Positions 52,840 to 64,000 of a stretch of 64,000 bases of DNA are shown here, piece by piece. The DNA comes from Antechinus flavipes. Its lineage: Eukaryota. The position numbers and the translations under genes were made by a program. The notes beneath the pieces were generated by a model. It searched no databases, was not told the DNA's origin, and worked only from the letters and a program-made list of their open reading frames with translations. The stretch covers positions 205,654,001 through 205,718,000 of the forward strand of contig NC_067401.1 in the NCBI RefSeq assembly GCF_016432865.1, read 5' to 3'. Numbering within the stretch: the first letter of the stretch is position 1; each line of letters starts with the position of its first letter.

Positions 52840-55800
52840 ATTTGTAAATTCAAAATAAATTTAAAAAAAAGAAATCAGGCACAGAAAAAAATAACCTCTG
52901 ATCAATCAGATCATTAGCCCAGCCCCGCTTCACCAAACTAGGTTACTAGCCTATGTGCTGTTCTTCTTTCCTTCCCCTTCCTCTCTTGCTCTAAACTCAC
53001 ACTCTGACCCAGCCTCATCTCCTACCCCTTATCTGTCTTCTTCTCCTCATCTCCTCATCTCCTACCCCTTATCTGTCTTCTTCTCCCTAGACTCTACCTG
53101 CCTCCTTTCCATCTTCTCCCCAGTTCTATCCCCTTCATCTACCATCCTCCTAACCTGGATGCAGCCGGCCAAGATGCTTTTGGTGAGGTTGCTATAAAGC
53201 TGGGCGTGCTTCTCATATTCGCCCACTAGATCTTGGAGCTCAGAGCCCAGAAACAGTTGTTCCTTGTGCTTGTCCAGGGCCTTGGTGAGAATCTCTCGAG
53301 CTCCCAGCTGGCACAGAACCACTGCGCAGTCCTTGTGGAGTGTGACCAGGCGATGCAGGAAACAAATTAATCCCTGGACCACCTAGAATGGATATCGAGG
53401 CAGTGTAGGATCAAGGTTGTTACTGAGGCCCTCTTGCTGTGGATGCCCTATTGACCATCCTGCCAAGAGGAAGATAAACCTTATTTTGCCACTTTCCATT
53501 CAAATCAACTAATTGACAAGCATTTATTAAGCATTTGCTGTGTGCCAGGTAGTGGGCTACATATCCAGTACCCATCTGGGGGTGCCTGGGGCTCAGCTCT
53601 CCTTAGCCACAAGCTCCTCCTAATTGAGGTTACTAAGAACACCACCCAGGTATCCATGGGTGCATCTGGCTGTGTGAAACTGAGAACCCCCAGGGTGGCC
53701 AATGTTCCAGGAATCTCTGGACTTTCTCCGGCCCCTACCCTCTAGGTACCTCATGGTCTTTGTTGAGTGTTCTCAGGCTGGCCAAACAGGAGGAGGCCAC
53801 TTTGTGCCAAGGAAGAGTTGAGTCCACACAGACATCCAGGAGACAGCTCAGTATTCTGAGAGTCCAGGAAGAAGGGTTTCAGATGAGAAGATGGACACAT
53901 AGATTGAATGTCAGGACCATATTTGTTACTCTCTTTTATACTTCAACACTCTACTTCCCACTTTATACTCCAAAGAGAAGAAGGATGGGTTGGGTGAAAT
54001 ATAGGTTGGGTTACAATGACTAGAAACCAGCAATTTGCTTATGCAAAATTTATTAAATCAGTATTATTATTCCCATTTTACAGGTGAGGAAACTGAGGCA
54101 AACCCGTTAAGTGACTTGGCATGGGTCACAAAGTGAAAAAGTATCTGAGGCTGGATTTGAACTAAGGCTGGCACTCTACCACTGAGCCACCCAGCTGACC
54201 CTAATGGAGAGTTTGGACTAGATGTTGTAAAGTATTTTCTAACATGAAATTTTATACTAAAAACTCCAACACTGTATAGTCTATCTTGTAATGTTATATA
54301 TTCTAAAATCCCTCCCAGATCCTATGTTCTATGCAGGAATATTTTAATTCTAAGATCCCATCCAGCTCTGACATTTCAATTCTTTGTTTTTGATAAGGAG
54401 GGGTTTGTGCAAATACTCAGGTGTCTGCATGACTGAATGGAAAGAATCCTGGATTTGGGGACAGCAAATATAGGTTCTAGATCTAGCACTGTCATTTACT
54501 CCCTATGTTATCTTTTGAGTCTCCATTTCATTTTTCTGGCTCTCCATTTCTTCCCTTTATAAAATGAGGGGCACTGAATGAGATGAACTCTAAAATCCTA
54601 TATTTCTTTTTTGCTGCCATTTTTTTCAGATTACCTAGAGGAGGCCATGGGCAGTAGTGGGGCTGCTGCACATTTGTAAACGTGCACAACCATCTGCCTG
54701 GTATACCTCTGAGAAAGGGCATGCAGGCTGTGTGTGCACATCAGGGAGAGCCTGCCTAACCACTCAGGTAAATGAGATTGCAGTGTATAGATTGATGTAG
54801 GCTCCCTCCCTGGACTCCACCTCCAGCTTTTTAGCTAGAGTCCACGAAGATAAAACTACCAGTTTACCAGATGAATAACAGCAATAACAATCGCCAACAT
54901 TTATATGACATGTTAAAGTATGCAAAGTACTTTACAAATGTTATCTCATCTCATACTCACAACAACCCTAGAAAGTAGGTAATATTATTAACCCCATTTT
55001 GCAAATGGGCTAATAGGCAGAGACCTTTTCCAGGTCCATATTGTTAGTAAGTATATGGGGTAGGATCTGAATTCGGGTCTTCCTGACTCTAACGCTTTCT
55101 CTAACTACTTAACTGCCTCTGAGGCAAGAAGACAATCTCATGGGGGTGAACATAGTCCTCTTTGCTTGTTTACTTGTTTTCCTTCCAAACTCCTGGCTGC
55201 CCCCACCCCTACCCGCATCCCCTCACCTCAGCCCAGTCATTTGAAGGGCCTTGTTCTCGGGGGTCTCCAGGTTCTGTAGCAGCAGCAGGAAGGCTTGGGG
55301 CTGGTGCTGGAGCTGCCCCAGGAGCCGGCTCACTTGACCCTCCCCAATGCCCTCCTGGCATATGCTTAACTCCAGCTCCAGGAGCTGCTGTCCAGAGGGC
55401 TCTGCAGCCCCCATGAGGCTCCGAAACAGCAGCTCAGCTGCAGCCCCAACAAACATAGGGTGAAGAAAGGGGGTGACAAGAGTTGGCTAGACTTAGAGAG
55501 ATGAAGACCCTAGAAAATAAACTGGAAACATTTTTTCCCCTTCAATAAATGAATCAGGGGGAAGAAAGCAGTTTTTGGTTACCTTCCATTCAAAAGTCAT
55601 GGGCCAAATGTTATTGTTCCCTGCTGATTACCTACCCCACCCCAAATTTTGCCAGATTTTTGCCTCTATAGGTCTTTACATGTTCCAACAGAAAAAAACA
55701 AAAACAAAATATGATTTTATAGAGGAAGTGGAACATATACTATGGAGCAGATTATATGTTTTTAAATTAACAAAGAGACTTTACTTCCATAAAATATTAA

Positions 55801-56355
55801 AAAAAATTATACTGCACAAATTATCTCTTTTCCCCCAAATTGTCAATTTCTTCACCAAAAACAATAACAATGCAAAAAAAGCTACCTTCCACCCACAATT
55901 TCAACATTTCTAAAAATTATTTATCTATAATCACATCCTTCCTTTCTGCTCTTAAATCAGAAATTTCCCTTGTTAACTCCTGATACTCCTCAGTCTCTTC
56001 CCAGCTGCCTTCTCTATTGGTTATTACCTATTTCATTTCCCAGAAAGGGGTTTCTCTTACCTTCTGGTGCTGTTGATGACTCCTCCACCTCTAGTGATTT
56101 AATCTGCCCTTTCACCTCCACCTCTGATTTGGTGTCTAGAAATGGGGCCTCAGGGCTGCAGGTGTCCTGACCAGGCTCTGGAGGAGTAGGATTGGCTGAA
56201 TTCTCCACAGGCTGTAACCTGAATTTGTTGTAAACAATCGAATTAAGCAGGTCATTGTGGGTGCTGCCTTGAACCTGCCTACTGAGTGCCAGGACCAGCT
56301 TCTTTGCCAACTCCACAGATACTTTGAGTTCACCAAGGGCTTCTTCTTCCACAGG
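41509..56355 (-). CDS. CUL7: Cullin-7, 3' 20 exons (1146 aa incl. DOC/APC10 and cullin domains); 5' exons lie beyond 64000
   Basis: Exons (minus): 56355-56061, 55437-55227, 53855-53750, 53382-53155, 52334-52244, 52055-51887, 51584-51479, 51231-51136, 50173-49998, 49722-49589, 49330-49151, 48779-48670, 48586-48404, 48274-48114, 47957-47720, 46786-46618, 43822-43683, 42598-42469, 42250-42051, 41826-41509 (3441 nt, in phase). DOC motif PKTYWES, VRILKAH, terminal TFHTLEIR...TFSTFR*, no RBR module, and position next to RRP36 all indicate CUL7. Confidence 0.92.
42740..43645 (+). mobile_element. LINE-1 3' fragment in a CUL7 intron (antisense to CUL7)
   Basis: HSPIDKWSK...[17 protein letters not shown] and [20 protein letters not shown] peptides of L1 ORF2. 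Confidence 0.85.
47057..47640. repeat. 37-bp minisatellite, 15 full copies plus a partial, in a CUL7 intron
   Basis: Unit GCCCCAGATCTCACCTCCTTCTAGGAA(A/T)GGGTCCCC(G/A), starting at 47057 and every 37 nt to 47575; partial copy at 47612. Confidence 0.97.
48944..49092 (+). mobile_element. CORE-SINE (MIR/MAR/WSINE-type)
   Basis: GCTAGGTGGCTCAATGGATAGAGCACCAGTCCTGGAATCAGGAGAAACTGAATTCAAATC; tRNA-derived A/B boxes. Similar copies at about 1725-1980, 2862-3105, 9845-9950, 41190-41330, 44370-44460, 50640-50750, 54060-54200 and 56440-56570. Confidence 0.8.
49451..49600 (-). repeat. Degenerate tandem duplication of a CUL7 exon end/5' splice site (4 copies)
   Basis: ACTGCCCCTG|GTAACT, ACTGCTCCTG|GTAACT, AGTGTCCCTG|GTAGCC and ACTGCCCGGG|GTAACC with exon ends at 49589, 49550, 49499, 49460. 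Confidence 0.75.
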
Positions 56356-58587
56356 CTGTCATAAAACAGGAAGAAAAACATATTACACAGGGCTGCAGGG
56401 ACTGGGAGTTACTGGAGGTAGGAGAGCATGCTTCTGTTTTTCTGTTGTTTTTTTGAGAGTCAATTAGGATGACTTGCCCAGAGTCATATAGCTAGTTAGT
56501 ATTAAGTGTCTGAGGCTGGATTTGAACTCTGATTCCAAAGGTAGTGCTCTATCCACTGAGCCATGTGACCACCCTTAGGGAAGGGTATTTCTGGATGTCC
56601 TTTCCATTTCCCTCCACTCCAGGACATCACAATATATGCCTTTCTACACCTTTCTGAACACACCAGTTCCTCTCTCATAGAGCTCCTGGTTCCTACTTCC
56701 CAGCTTTCCTACCATAGCAAATATCTACCTTAGTTTTTCTGAAACTATTATCTTCATTTCATGCAGAACAATATTATTCCATCACATTGATAAAACAGCA
56801 GTTGTTCAGCCATTCTACCACTGATGGACATCCCTTTAGTTTCCAATTCTTTGCTATTACCAAAAAAATGCTGCTATAAAGATTTCTGTATATATAACTG
56901 CTTTTCCTCTCTTTGAACTTTTTTGGGATATAGACTTAATCATGATATTGCTGGGTCAAAGGACATACAGTTTAATAGATTTTTGGATATAGTTCCAAAT
57001 AGTTTTCCTGAATAGTCATACCATTCCACAGCTGCATTAAAGTACCAACAGTGCATTAAAATATATGCTTTCTCCCAGCTCCTCCAGCATTTGTCATTTT
57101 TTTTTTTTTGGTCAACTGAGTCAATCTGATGGATGTGATTTGGTACCTCAGAGTTGTTTTAATTTGAATTTCTCTATTGTTAATTTAGGGCACTGTTTTC
57201 AAATGCCTAGATAAAGATTTTATTTCTTCTTTGTATCTGTAGGCAGATACAAATACTGTCTATTTGTATTCTTTGATCATTTATCAATTAGGAAATGGCT
57301 CTTGTTCTTATAAATTTGACTCAGTTTCCCATGTATATCTTAGAAATGAGACTATCAAAGAAACATGATGCAGAGAGCCATTCTCCCTCTTACTTTCTCC
57401 TAGCCAGTATACTTACCATTTCTTGCTTCTAATTTTAGCTATATTGGTTTTATTTGTACAAATCCTTTTTAATTTTATGTAATCAGAATTGTCCATTTTG
57501 CTTTCTCTGATCCTTTCTATTTCTTGCTTGGTCATGATTTCTTCCCCTTATCTATAGATCTGAAAGTTAATTTTTTCCATGCTACTCTAATTTATTTACG
57601 ATATCACCCTTTAAGTCTGAATCGGGAACTCATTTGCAGTTTTGGTTATTTCACATTGCAAATACTGGCCTATATTTAGTTTCTGTCAAATGCTTTCCCA
57701 GTTTTCTTAACACTTTTTGTAAAATAGTGATTTTTTTGCCCTAATACAAGAGATCTTTGAGTTTATCAAAAACTAAGTTATCGTACTCATTTTTCGGTAT
57801 GTTATATGCCTAATGTATTCTACTGATCAACCTCTCTGTTTCTTACCCAGTACCAAACTGTTTTTTTTTTTTTAAACAATTACATCTTGAAATAATTAAC
57901 AATTATATATAGATTATATATTGCTAGGTTCCTTCCTTTTCATTAGAAAAATTGATTCCATTTAATTCTTGATTTTTTTGTTCCTCCAGGTGAATTTTGT
58001 CATTTTTTCTAGTTCTACCAAATAATCCTTTAATAGTTTGATTGGTATGGCATTGGATAAATACAATAATTTAGGTAATAGCATCAATTCTGTTATGTTG
58101 GCTCAGTCTATCCATGAGTAATTAACATTTTTCTAATAATTTAGAATTGCATTCATATAGACTCTATGTGTGTGTCTTAGCAGGCAGACTTCCAAGTATT
58201 TTAATGTAGTTATTTTATTGGCAATATACAGAAATGAGGATGATTTCTGCAGGCTTATTATTTACCCTTCAACTTGGCTACAGTTTTTAATTGTTTCAAT
58301 AATTTTTTAGTTGACTGTCTAGGGTTGTCTAAGCAAATGGTCGCATCATCTCCAAAAAGGGTTAATTTTATTTCTTTTTCTAAGTTTATTCCTATAATTT
58401 ACTTTTCTTTTCTTTTTTTATTATAGCTAGCATTTGTAATACAACAATGAAAGTAATGGTAAAAATGGACATCTCTACTTACTGTGCTAAAAAAAAAGAA
58501 GACATACTGATCTTAATGGAAAGGCTTTTAACTTGTTCATAATACAAATCATGCTCTCTTGGTTTTAGATAACTAGTATTTATAATT

Positions 58588-58785
58588 ATTATTATTATTA
58601 TTATTATTTATTTTTTTTTTTTTTGCTGAGGCAATTAGGGCTAAATGACTTGCTCAAAGTTACACAACTAGGAAGTATTAAGTGTCTGAGATCAAATTTG
58701 AACTCAGGTTCTCCTGACTTCAGGGCTGGTGTACCACCTAGCTACCCTTTTTCCAGTGTCTTTTTTTTTTTTTTTTTTTTTTTTT
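58588..58785 (-). mobile_element. Marsupial CORE-SINE (WSINE/MAR-type) with 14-bp TSD
   Basis: TSD TAGTATTTATAATT at 58574-58587 and 58786-58799; body GCTAGGTGG...GAGTTCAAAT...AAGTCATTTAGCCCTAATTGCCTCAGC with an A/(AAT)n tail. Confidence 0.85.
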
Positions 58786-60517
58786 TAGTATTTATAATTT
58801 TTCAAAAAGTTTAATTTTTTATACTTTCTATTGTTTTTTCTTTAAATACAGAGTGAATGTATTTTTTTACTAACTTATATCCTATTCTTTCTTTTAATAT
58901 TTTTTAAGCATATAAACTTTTTAAAATTCTTTTTTTAGTTCCAAATTCTCCCTTTCTCTCCCCCCATGCAGTGAAGTCAAGAAAAACAAAACCTATTGCA
59001 AATATGTGTTGTCATACAAAATGAATTTCCACATTAAGTCCTATTTCCCCTTCTATCACCCTCTCAAAAGCAAGAAAATGGGGAAAAATCGGTTTTAATC
59101 TGTATTCTATATCCATCAATTCTCTGAACAGAAATGGATAGTTTGTTTCAACATGAAGCCTTTGATTTGAATTGTGGCAACTCATCATGTTTATCTGTTA
59201 CTGTGTCTTTCAAAGATAATTTTTTTAAAACAATATTGCTGTGTAGAATGGTGTATTTTTTCAAAAAGTTTTTTTCAGCATCTATTAAAATAATCAAGAT
59301 TTTGTTGTTTTTATTATCAATATGGTCAATTATCTTTAGTTTTCCTAAGATTGAACTAGCTTTATATTCCTGATATGAATGCTGTCTATTTATAGTGGTG
59401 TATCATCTTTATGATGTATTATTGTATTCATTAAGGAAATTGGCTTATAGTTTCCTTCTTTTTTGTCTCTTTCTGAAGTAAGTTGTAAAGACCATATTTG
59501 TGTCATAGTTAGTAAGACTTGTTTAACTATATTTTCTGTCCAGTCTATGTAGTATTTGAATTGTTCTTTAGATGTTTGGGGGTATTTGCTTCTAAATTCA
59601 CCTAGTCTTAGGGCTTTTTTTTGGGGGGGGTTCATTGTTTGGGCAATTTCTTTTTATAAGAAAAGACCATTTTAAGTATTCTAATTCTTGTTCTTTTAAT
59701 CTAGATAATTTATATTTTTGTAAATATCAATCTGTTTCATTTAGACTATCAATTTCTTGGCAGACAATTGGGTAAAACAGCTTTTGATAATTGCTTTTAC
59801 TTTTTATTCATTAGTTATAAATTCACCCCTTTATATTTTTGTAATTTTTATATATTTTTGTAATTTGCTTTACTTCTTTCTTTTTAAAAATTAAATTAAC
59901 TTGTGGCTTATCTATGTTATTGTTTTTTTCCTTAAAAACTTGGCTCTTAGTTTTACTAATTTATTTAATCAATTTAAAAAAAACTTTCAGTTTTGTTCAT
60001 TTTTCCTTTGATTTTTCAGGATTTCTATTTTGATGTTTATTTGGGGGATTTTTAGTTTGTTGGTTTTCTAAGTATTTTTAGTTGTATGCTTGATTTAATG
60101 CCTTGCTCTCTTTTTTGTGAAAGTATTTAGAGAGATAATTTTTCACTGAATGGCTATATCCCACAAATTTTATTATGTTCATTATTGTCATTATCTCAAA
60201 TGAAATTATTGTTTTTATGATCTGTTCTTTGACCCACTCATTCTTTAGAATTAATTTAGTTTCCAATTAACTTTTATCTTGGCTTTAAAAGCCCTTTATT
60301 GAATATAATTTTCATTTCATTGTGGTCAGTAAAACATGTATTTGAGATTTGTTTTTATGCATTTGTGAGATTTATATTCCCTAATACATGGTAATTTATT
60401 TAATTGGTGAAAATGCCATATACATAGCTGAAAAATAATACTATTTTCTATTCGTATTCAATATTCTACAAAGGTGATACATATGATAATATGTCACTTT
60501 TAAAAAGTTCTATTTGG

Positions 60518-60988
60518 TGAGCAGGACCAGATCATTATTTACTTCAACAACAATACTATATGATGATCAATTCTGATGGACGTGGCCCGCTTCAACAATG
60601 AGATGAACCAAATCAGTTCCAATAGAGAGCAATAATGAACTCAACCAGCTACACCCAGGGAAAGAACTCTGGGAGATGACTATGAACCACTACATAGAAT
60701 TCCCAATCCCTCTGTTTTTATCCACCTGCATTTTTTATTTCTTTCATAGGCTAATTGTATACTATTTCAAAGTCCAACTCTTTTTTTATACAGCAAAATA
60801 ACTGTTTGGACATGTATACATATATTGTATTTAACTTATATTTTAACATATTTAACATGTATTGGTCAACCTGCCATCTAGGGGAAGGGGTGAGGGGAAG
60901 GAGGGAAAAAATTGGAACAAAAGGATTTGCAACTGTCAATGCTGAAAAATTACCTATGCATATATTTGTAAATAAAAAGCTATTTTAA
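60518..60988 (+). mobile_element. Young ~470-bp L1 3' end with perfect 16-bp TSD, nested in the older L1
   Basis: TSD AAAAAGTTCTATTTGG at 60502-60517 and 60989-61004; TTTT|AAAAA target; 3' UTR similar to the L1 at 4440-4905. Confidence 0.9.
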
Positions 60989-63794
60989 AAAAAGTTCTAT
61001 TTGGAATTCAACTTTTTTCTAGTTTATTTTCTGGCTGTTTTTTTTATTACAGCCTGAGAGAGGTAAATGAGATTTCCTTATTACATAGTCTTACTGTCTA
61101 TTTTCTCCTCCTTTAAACTTTTGTTTAAAGAATTTAAAGTTGTGCATTTAGTATACATTTAATGTTGATATTAATTCATATTATACCTTTTAGGAAAATA
61201 GAGTCTATTTATCTTTTAATTGGATCTAATTTTGCTATTTTTTTGCCTGATATCATGATTGCTATCCTTGACTTTTTTTTGTAACTATACCTAAAACATA
61301 AAAGATTCTACTCCAGGCCCTTTTTTTTAGCTCTGTGTGTATCTTTCCATTTTAAGTGTGTTTCTTGTAAATAACTTTTTTGGATTCTAGTTTTTAATCT
61401 ATATTGTCTTTTTATGTTTTATGAGTGAATTCATCCCATTCATGTTCACAGTTGTGACACTATTTCCCTCTATTCTATTCTCTTATAATTTTCCTTCTCT
61501 TTTTTCCCTATCCCCTCCTAAAGAATTTTTTTTCCTTTCTGACTAATATTTCCCTCTTATTCTCCCCCTTTCCCTAAACCTCTTTCCTTATTTCCCTATT
61601 GGGTAAGATATATTTTTGTACCTCATTTAACTAGTTCAGATGAGAGTGAGGTTCAAGAATCAGGTGCTTCCCCTACTGCTTTTTATATTATATAAACTCC
61701 ACCCTTGTGTACTACATTTGTGATAGATCATTTCTCCTATTCTTTCCCTCCTTTTCTTTCTTTTTCAGTGCATTCCTCTTACTTACCATTCTTCTTTTGA
61801 GATTATATAAACATAACAAAATCTGGGCCCTCTGTCTAGTTAAATTCTTTTTTATGACCCCTAGTGGTGACAAAATTCTGAGAGATTATCTGTATCATCT
61901 TCCCATATAAAAAATATAAAGTTTAACTTAGTCTAGTTTCTTATGATTTCTTGCTTATATTTCTTTTCATGACTGCATTGATATGTCAAAATTTTTATTC
62001 AGCTTTGGTTATTCTATCAGGAATACTTGAAATTCTGTAATTTCATTAAAGGTTCATTCCCCCTCATACGATTATACTCAGCTTTGTTAGGTAGGTTATT
62101 ATTAATTGTAATTCTAGAGCCTTTGCCTTCCAAAATATTATATTCCAAGCTCTTCATTTCTTTATAGTAGTTGCTGCTAAATATTATGTGATCCTAACTG
62201 GTGGCTCCCTAGGATATGAATTCCTTCTTTCTGACTGCTTGCAGTATTTTTCCTTTGACCCAGGAGCTCTGGGTTTTGGTTACAATATTCTTGAGTTTTC
62301 CTTTTGGTGTTTCTTTCAGATTACCAGTGGATTCTTTTAATTTACAATTCTTTAATTGCCCTTTGGATCTAACATGTCTGAACAGTTTTCTTTTTATTTA
62401 TTTCTTTATATTTATATTTTAATATATTATATAAATATAAAGTTATATTTATTAATATATTAATAACACATTAATTTAATATTGATATTAAATATTATTT
62501 ATTTATAATAAATATTATATATTTAATATAGTGTCTAGGATCTTTTTTGTTCATTTGGATAGTTCAATGATTCTTAAATTATTTCTTCTCATACTACTTT
62601 TCAGATAAGTTGTTTTTTCTTCTGTGAGAAATTTCATAATTTTTTCCTATTTTTTTTCAGGCTTCTAATTATGTTTTATTATTTCTTGATGTGTCATGGG
62701 GTCATTATCTTTCATTTGGCCAATTCTAATTTTTGAGGAGTTATTTTCTTTGATAAGGTTTTATACCTTCTCTCCCTCTTTCCCCCAGCTTTTAATTTTC
62801 TTTTCATATCTTTTTTCCCCTCATTTTCCAATTTTTCTTCTTCTGCTCTCAATTTTTAAAATAATTTTTTTATATCTTTCTAAAACTCATTTTAATTCTT
62901 CTAGGAATTCTTATTGTATTTGTGTCCAAGATACATTTTTTTTCAAGTCTTTGTAGATGTTTTCAAGATATTATCTTCTTCAGTATTTATTTTTATCATA
63001 GCAGTCTTTTATGGATAATTTTTTTTTAATCGCTAATGCTTTCCAACCTGCTTTTTTACTTAGTGCTGGCACTGGAGGTGGCTGGGATGTCTGGTCTGAG
63101 TTTTTTTCTTCTTATGTCCTATTGCTTTCACAATTCAGTCTGGGAGCCTGTAAGCTTTCAGTGCTCCCAAAGTGGATATGATTTAGGGAGAGGTCTGTTC
63201 TCGGCTGTCCTTGTCTGAGCTCTGCAATTTCTTTATCAGTTCCAGGTCTGTTAGCTTGTCCTTGTTTGGAAGTATCTACAGAATGCTGCTGTATTCATTC
63301 ACTTAGCCTGCTTAGAGGTCTGAGGGTTTAGAGCAAGTGAAGTGCTGGTTTCCTTTTGGTCTGGAATTTTTTCCCTGGTTACTTCACTGAGGGTTTAGTT
63401 CCTGAGTTAAAGGCTAGAATTGAGTCCCTGCTGTGCTTCTGTGCTCAGAGCCATACAACTACATTCTCTTAAACAGTCCCTTGTTCAGTAAAGGGTTCAT
63501 CTAGAGTTAACAGCAATTGCTCCTCTCCATCCTGGATCAGTGAACTGGAACCGGATAGGGGGTTCTTGCCTCAAGGGCTAGTTTGAAGTTCCTGGAGATC
63601 TCTCTGGCTCTGATTCTTCCTTTCCCGGTGTCCTCTTTCAGTCCCATGTTTCATGTTCCTGGTCAGATCCTGTTCCAGGATCTACAGACCCATCTTCCTA
63701 TCATTCTAAGCTGTCATGGACTGGAAAAATAATTCATTGGGACTCTTTCTTGGCTTTCTTGATCAGAATTCAAGAATTCTGTGCATTTTGTAGA

Positions 63795-63985
63795 TCAAAG
63801 CTTCTCAAACTGTGAGTTGCAACCCCATTGTATAACTGAATGTGAGGGGGGTCATAAAATTATAACTTATTATCAGTAAATTATTTGTATACCTATTTTA
63901 AACACTTATATATCTGGAGTTGTATAAAAATATATTAGGTGAAAAGGGATCATGAGTGGAAAAAGTTTAAGACCTGTTTAGATCA
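63795..63985. mobile_element. Probable hAT/Charlie-type non-autonomous DNA transposon
   Basis: CTTCTCAAACTGTGAGTTGCAACCCC ... GGGATCATGAGTGGAAAAAGTTTAAGACC resembles MER5/Charlie terminal repeats. Family not verified. Confidence 0.45.
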
Positions 63986-64000
63986 CTGTGGAAAAAGAGT

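Larger units (their letters stand above)
56700..63700 (-). mobile_element. Long degraded LINE-1 (ORF2 3' end through EN/ORF1 region), interrupted by younger insertions; same strand as CUL7
   Basis: Minus-strand remnants GNYKPISLMN (59390-59635) and KLILKNEWVKEQIIKTI (60078-60266); ORF2 3' motifs at about 56800-57300. Boundaries approximate. Confidence 0.72.

Noticed and set aside
53013-53086. 34-bp direct repeat (period 40) in a CUL7 intron
   Set aside because: Simple slippage duplication in pyrimidine-rich sequence; contains no splice signal on the transcribed strand.
54631-54712. Candidate extra CUL7 exon (CAG...G|GTAATC)
   Set aside because: No cullin-like translation in any frame; the expected 106-nt LPWH exon is present at 53855-53750 with correct phases.
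41509-56355. Calling this gene CUL9/PARC
   Set aside because: It stops at ...TFSTFR* with no RING-IBR-RING module, lacks the long CUL9 armadillo-like insert between 56061 and 55437, and sits in the CUL7 position next to RRP36.
62390-62530. ~135-bp almost pure A/T stretch
   Set aside because: Low-complexity expansion inside the old L1; I found no clear TSD, inverted repeat or periodicity.

Overview
Vertebrate genomic DNA, almost certainly a marsupial. The SINE and L1 consensus sequences look Australian or dasyurid-like; this is inferred from repeat style and not checked by search. The window is syntenic with human 6p21.1. I reconstructed by hand, exon by exon with GT-AG phase checks: PPP2R5D (+, 16 coding exons, 603 aa), MEA1 (-, 174 aa, 3' end overlapping PPP2R5D), KLHDC3 (+, 10 coding exons, 380 aa, sharing a bidirectional promoter with MEA1), RRP36 (+, 7 exons, with an apparent 1-nt frameshift in exon 4), and the last 20 exons of CUL7 (-, 5' part beyond the window). 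The main surprise is an intact, intronless-CDS 291-aa TMEM121-family gene between RRP36 and CUL7. To my recollection human has no coding gene there, so it may be a paralogue lost in eutherians. No canonical poly(A) signal lies between the CUL7 stop and this gene, which suggests read-through or bicistronic transcripts. CUL7 also shows a CUL9-like cullin core with a CUL7-type tail, and three separate cases of duplicated 5' splice sites, including a 15-copy 37-bp minisatellite in which each unit carries a GAG|GT donor, mostly GAG|GTGAGA. Several young retroposons have clean target-site duplications. Comparisons with human proteins are from memory, not from alignments.
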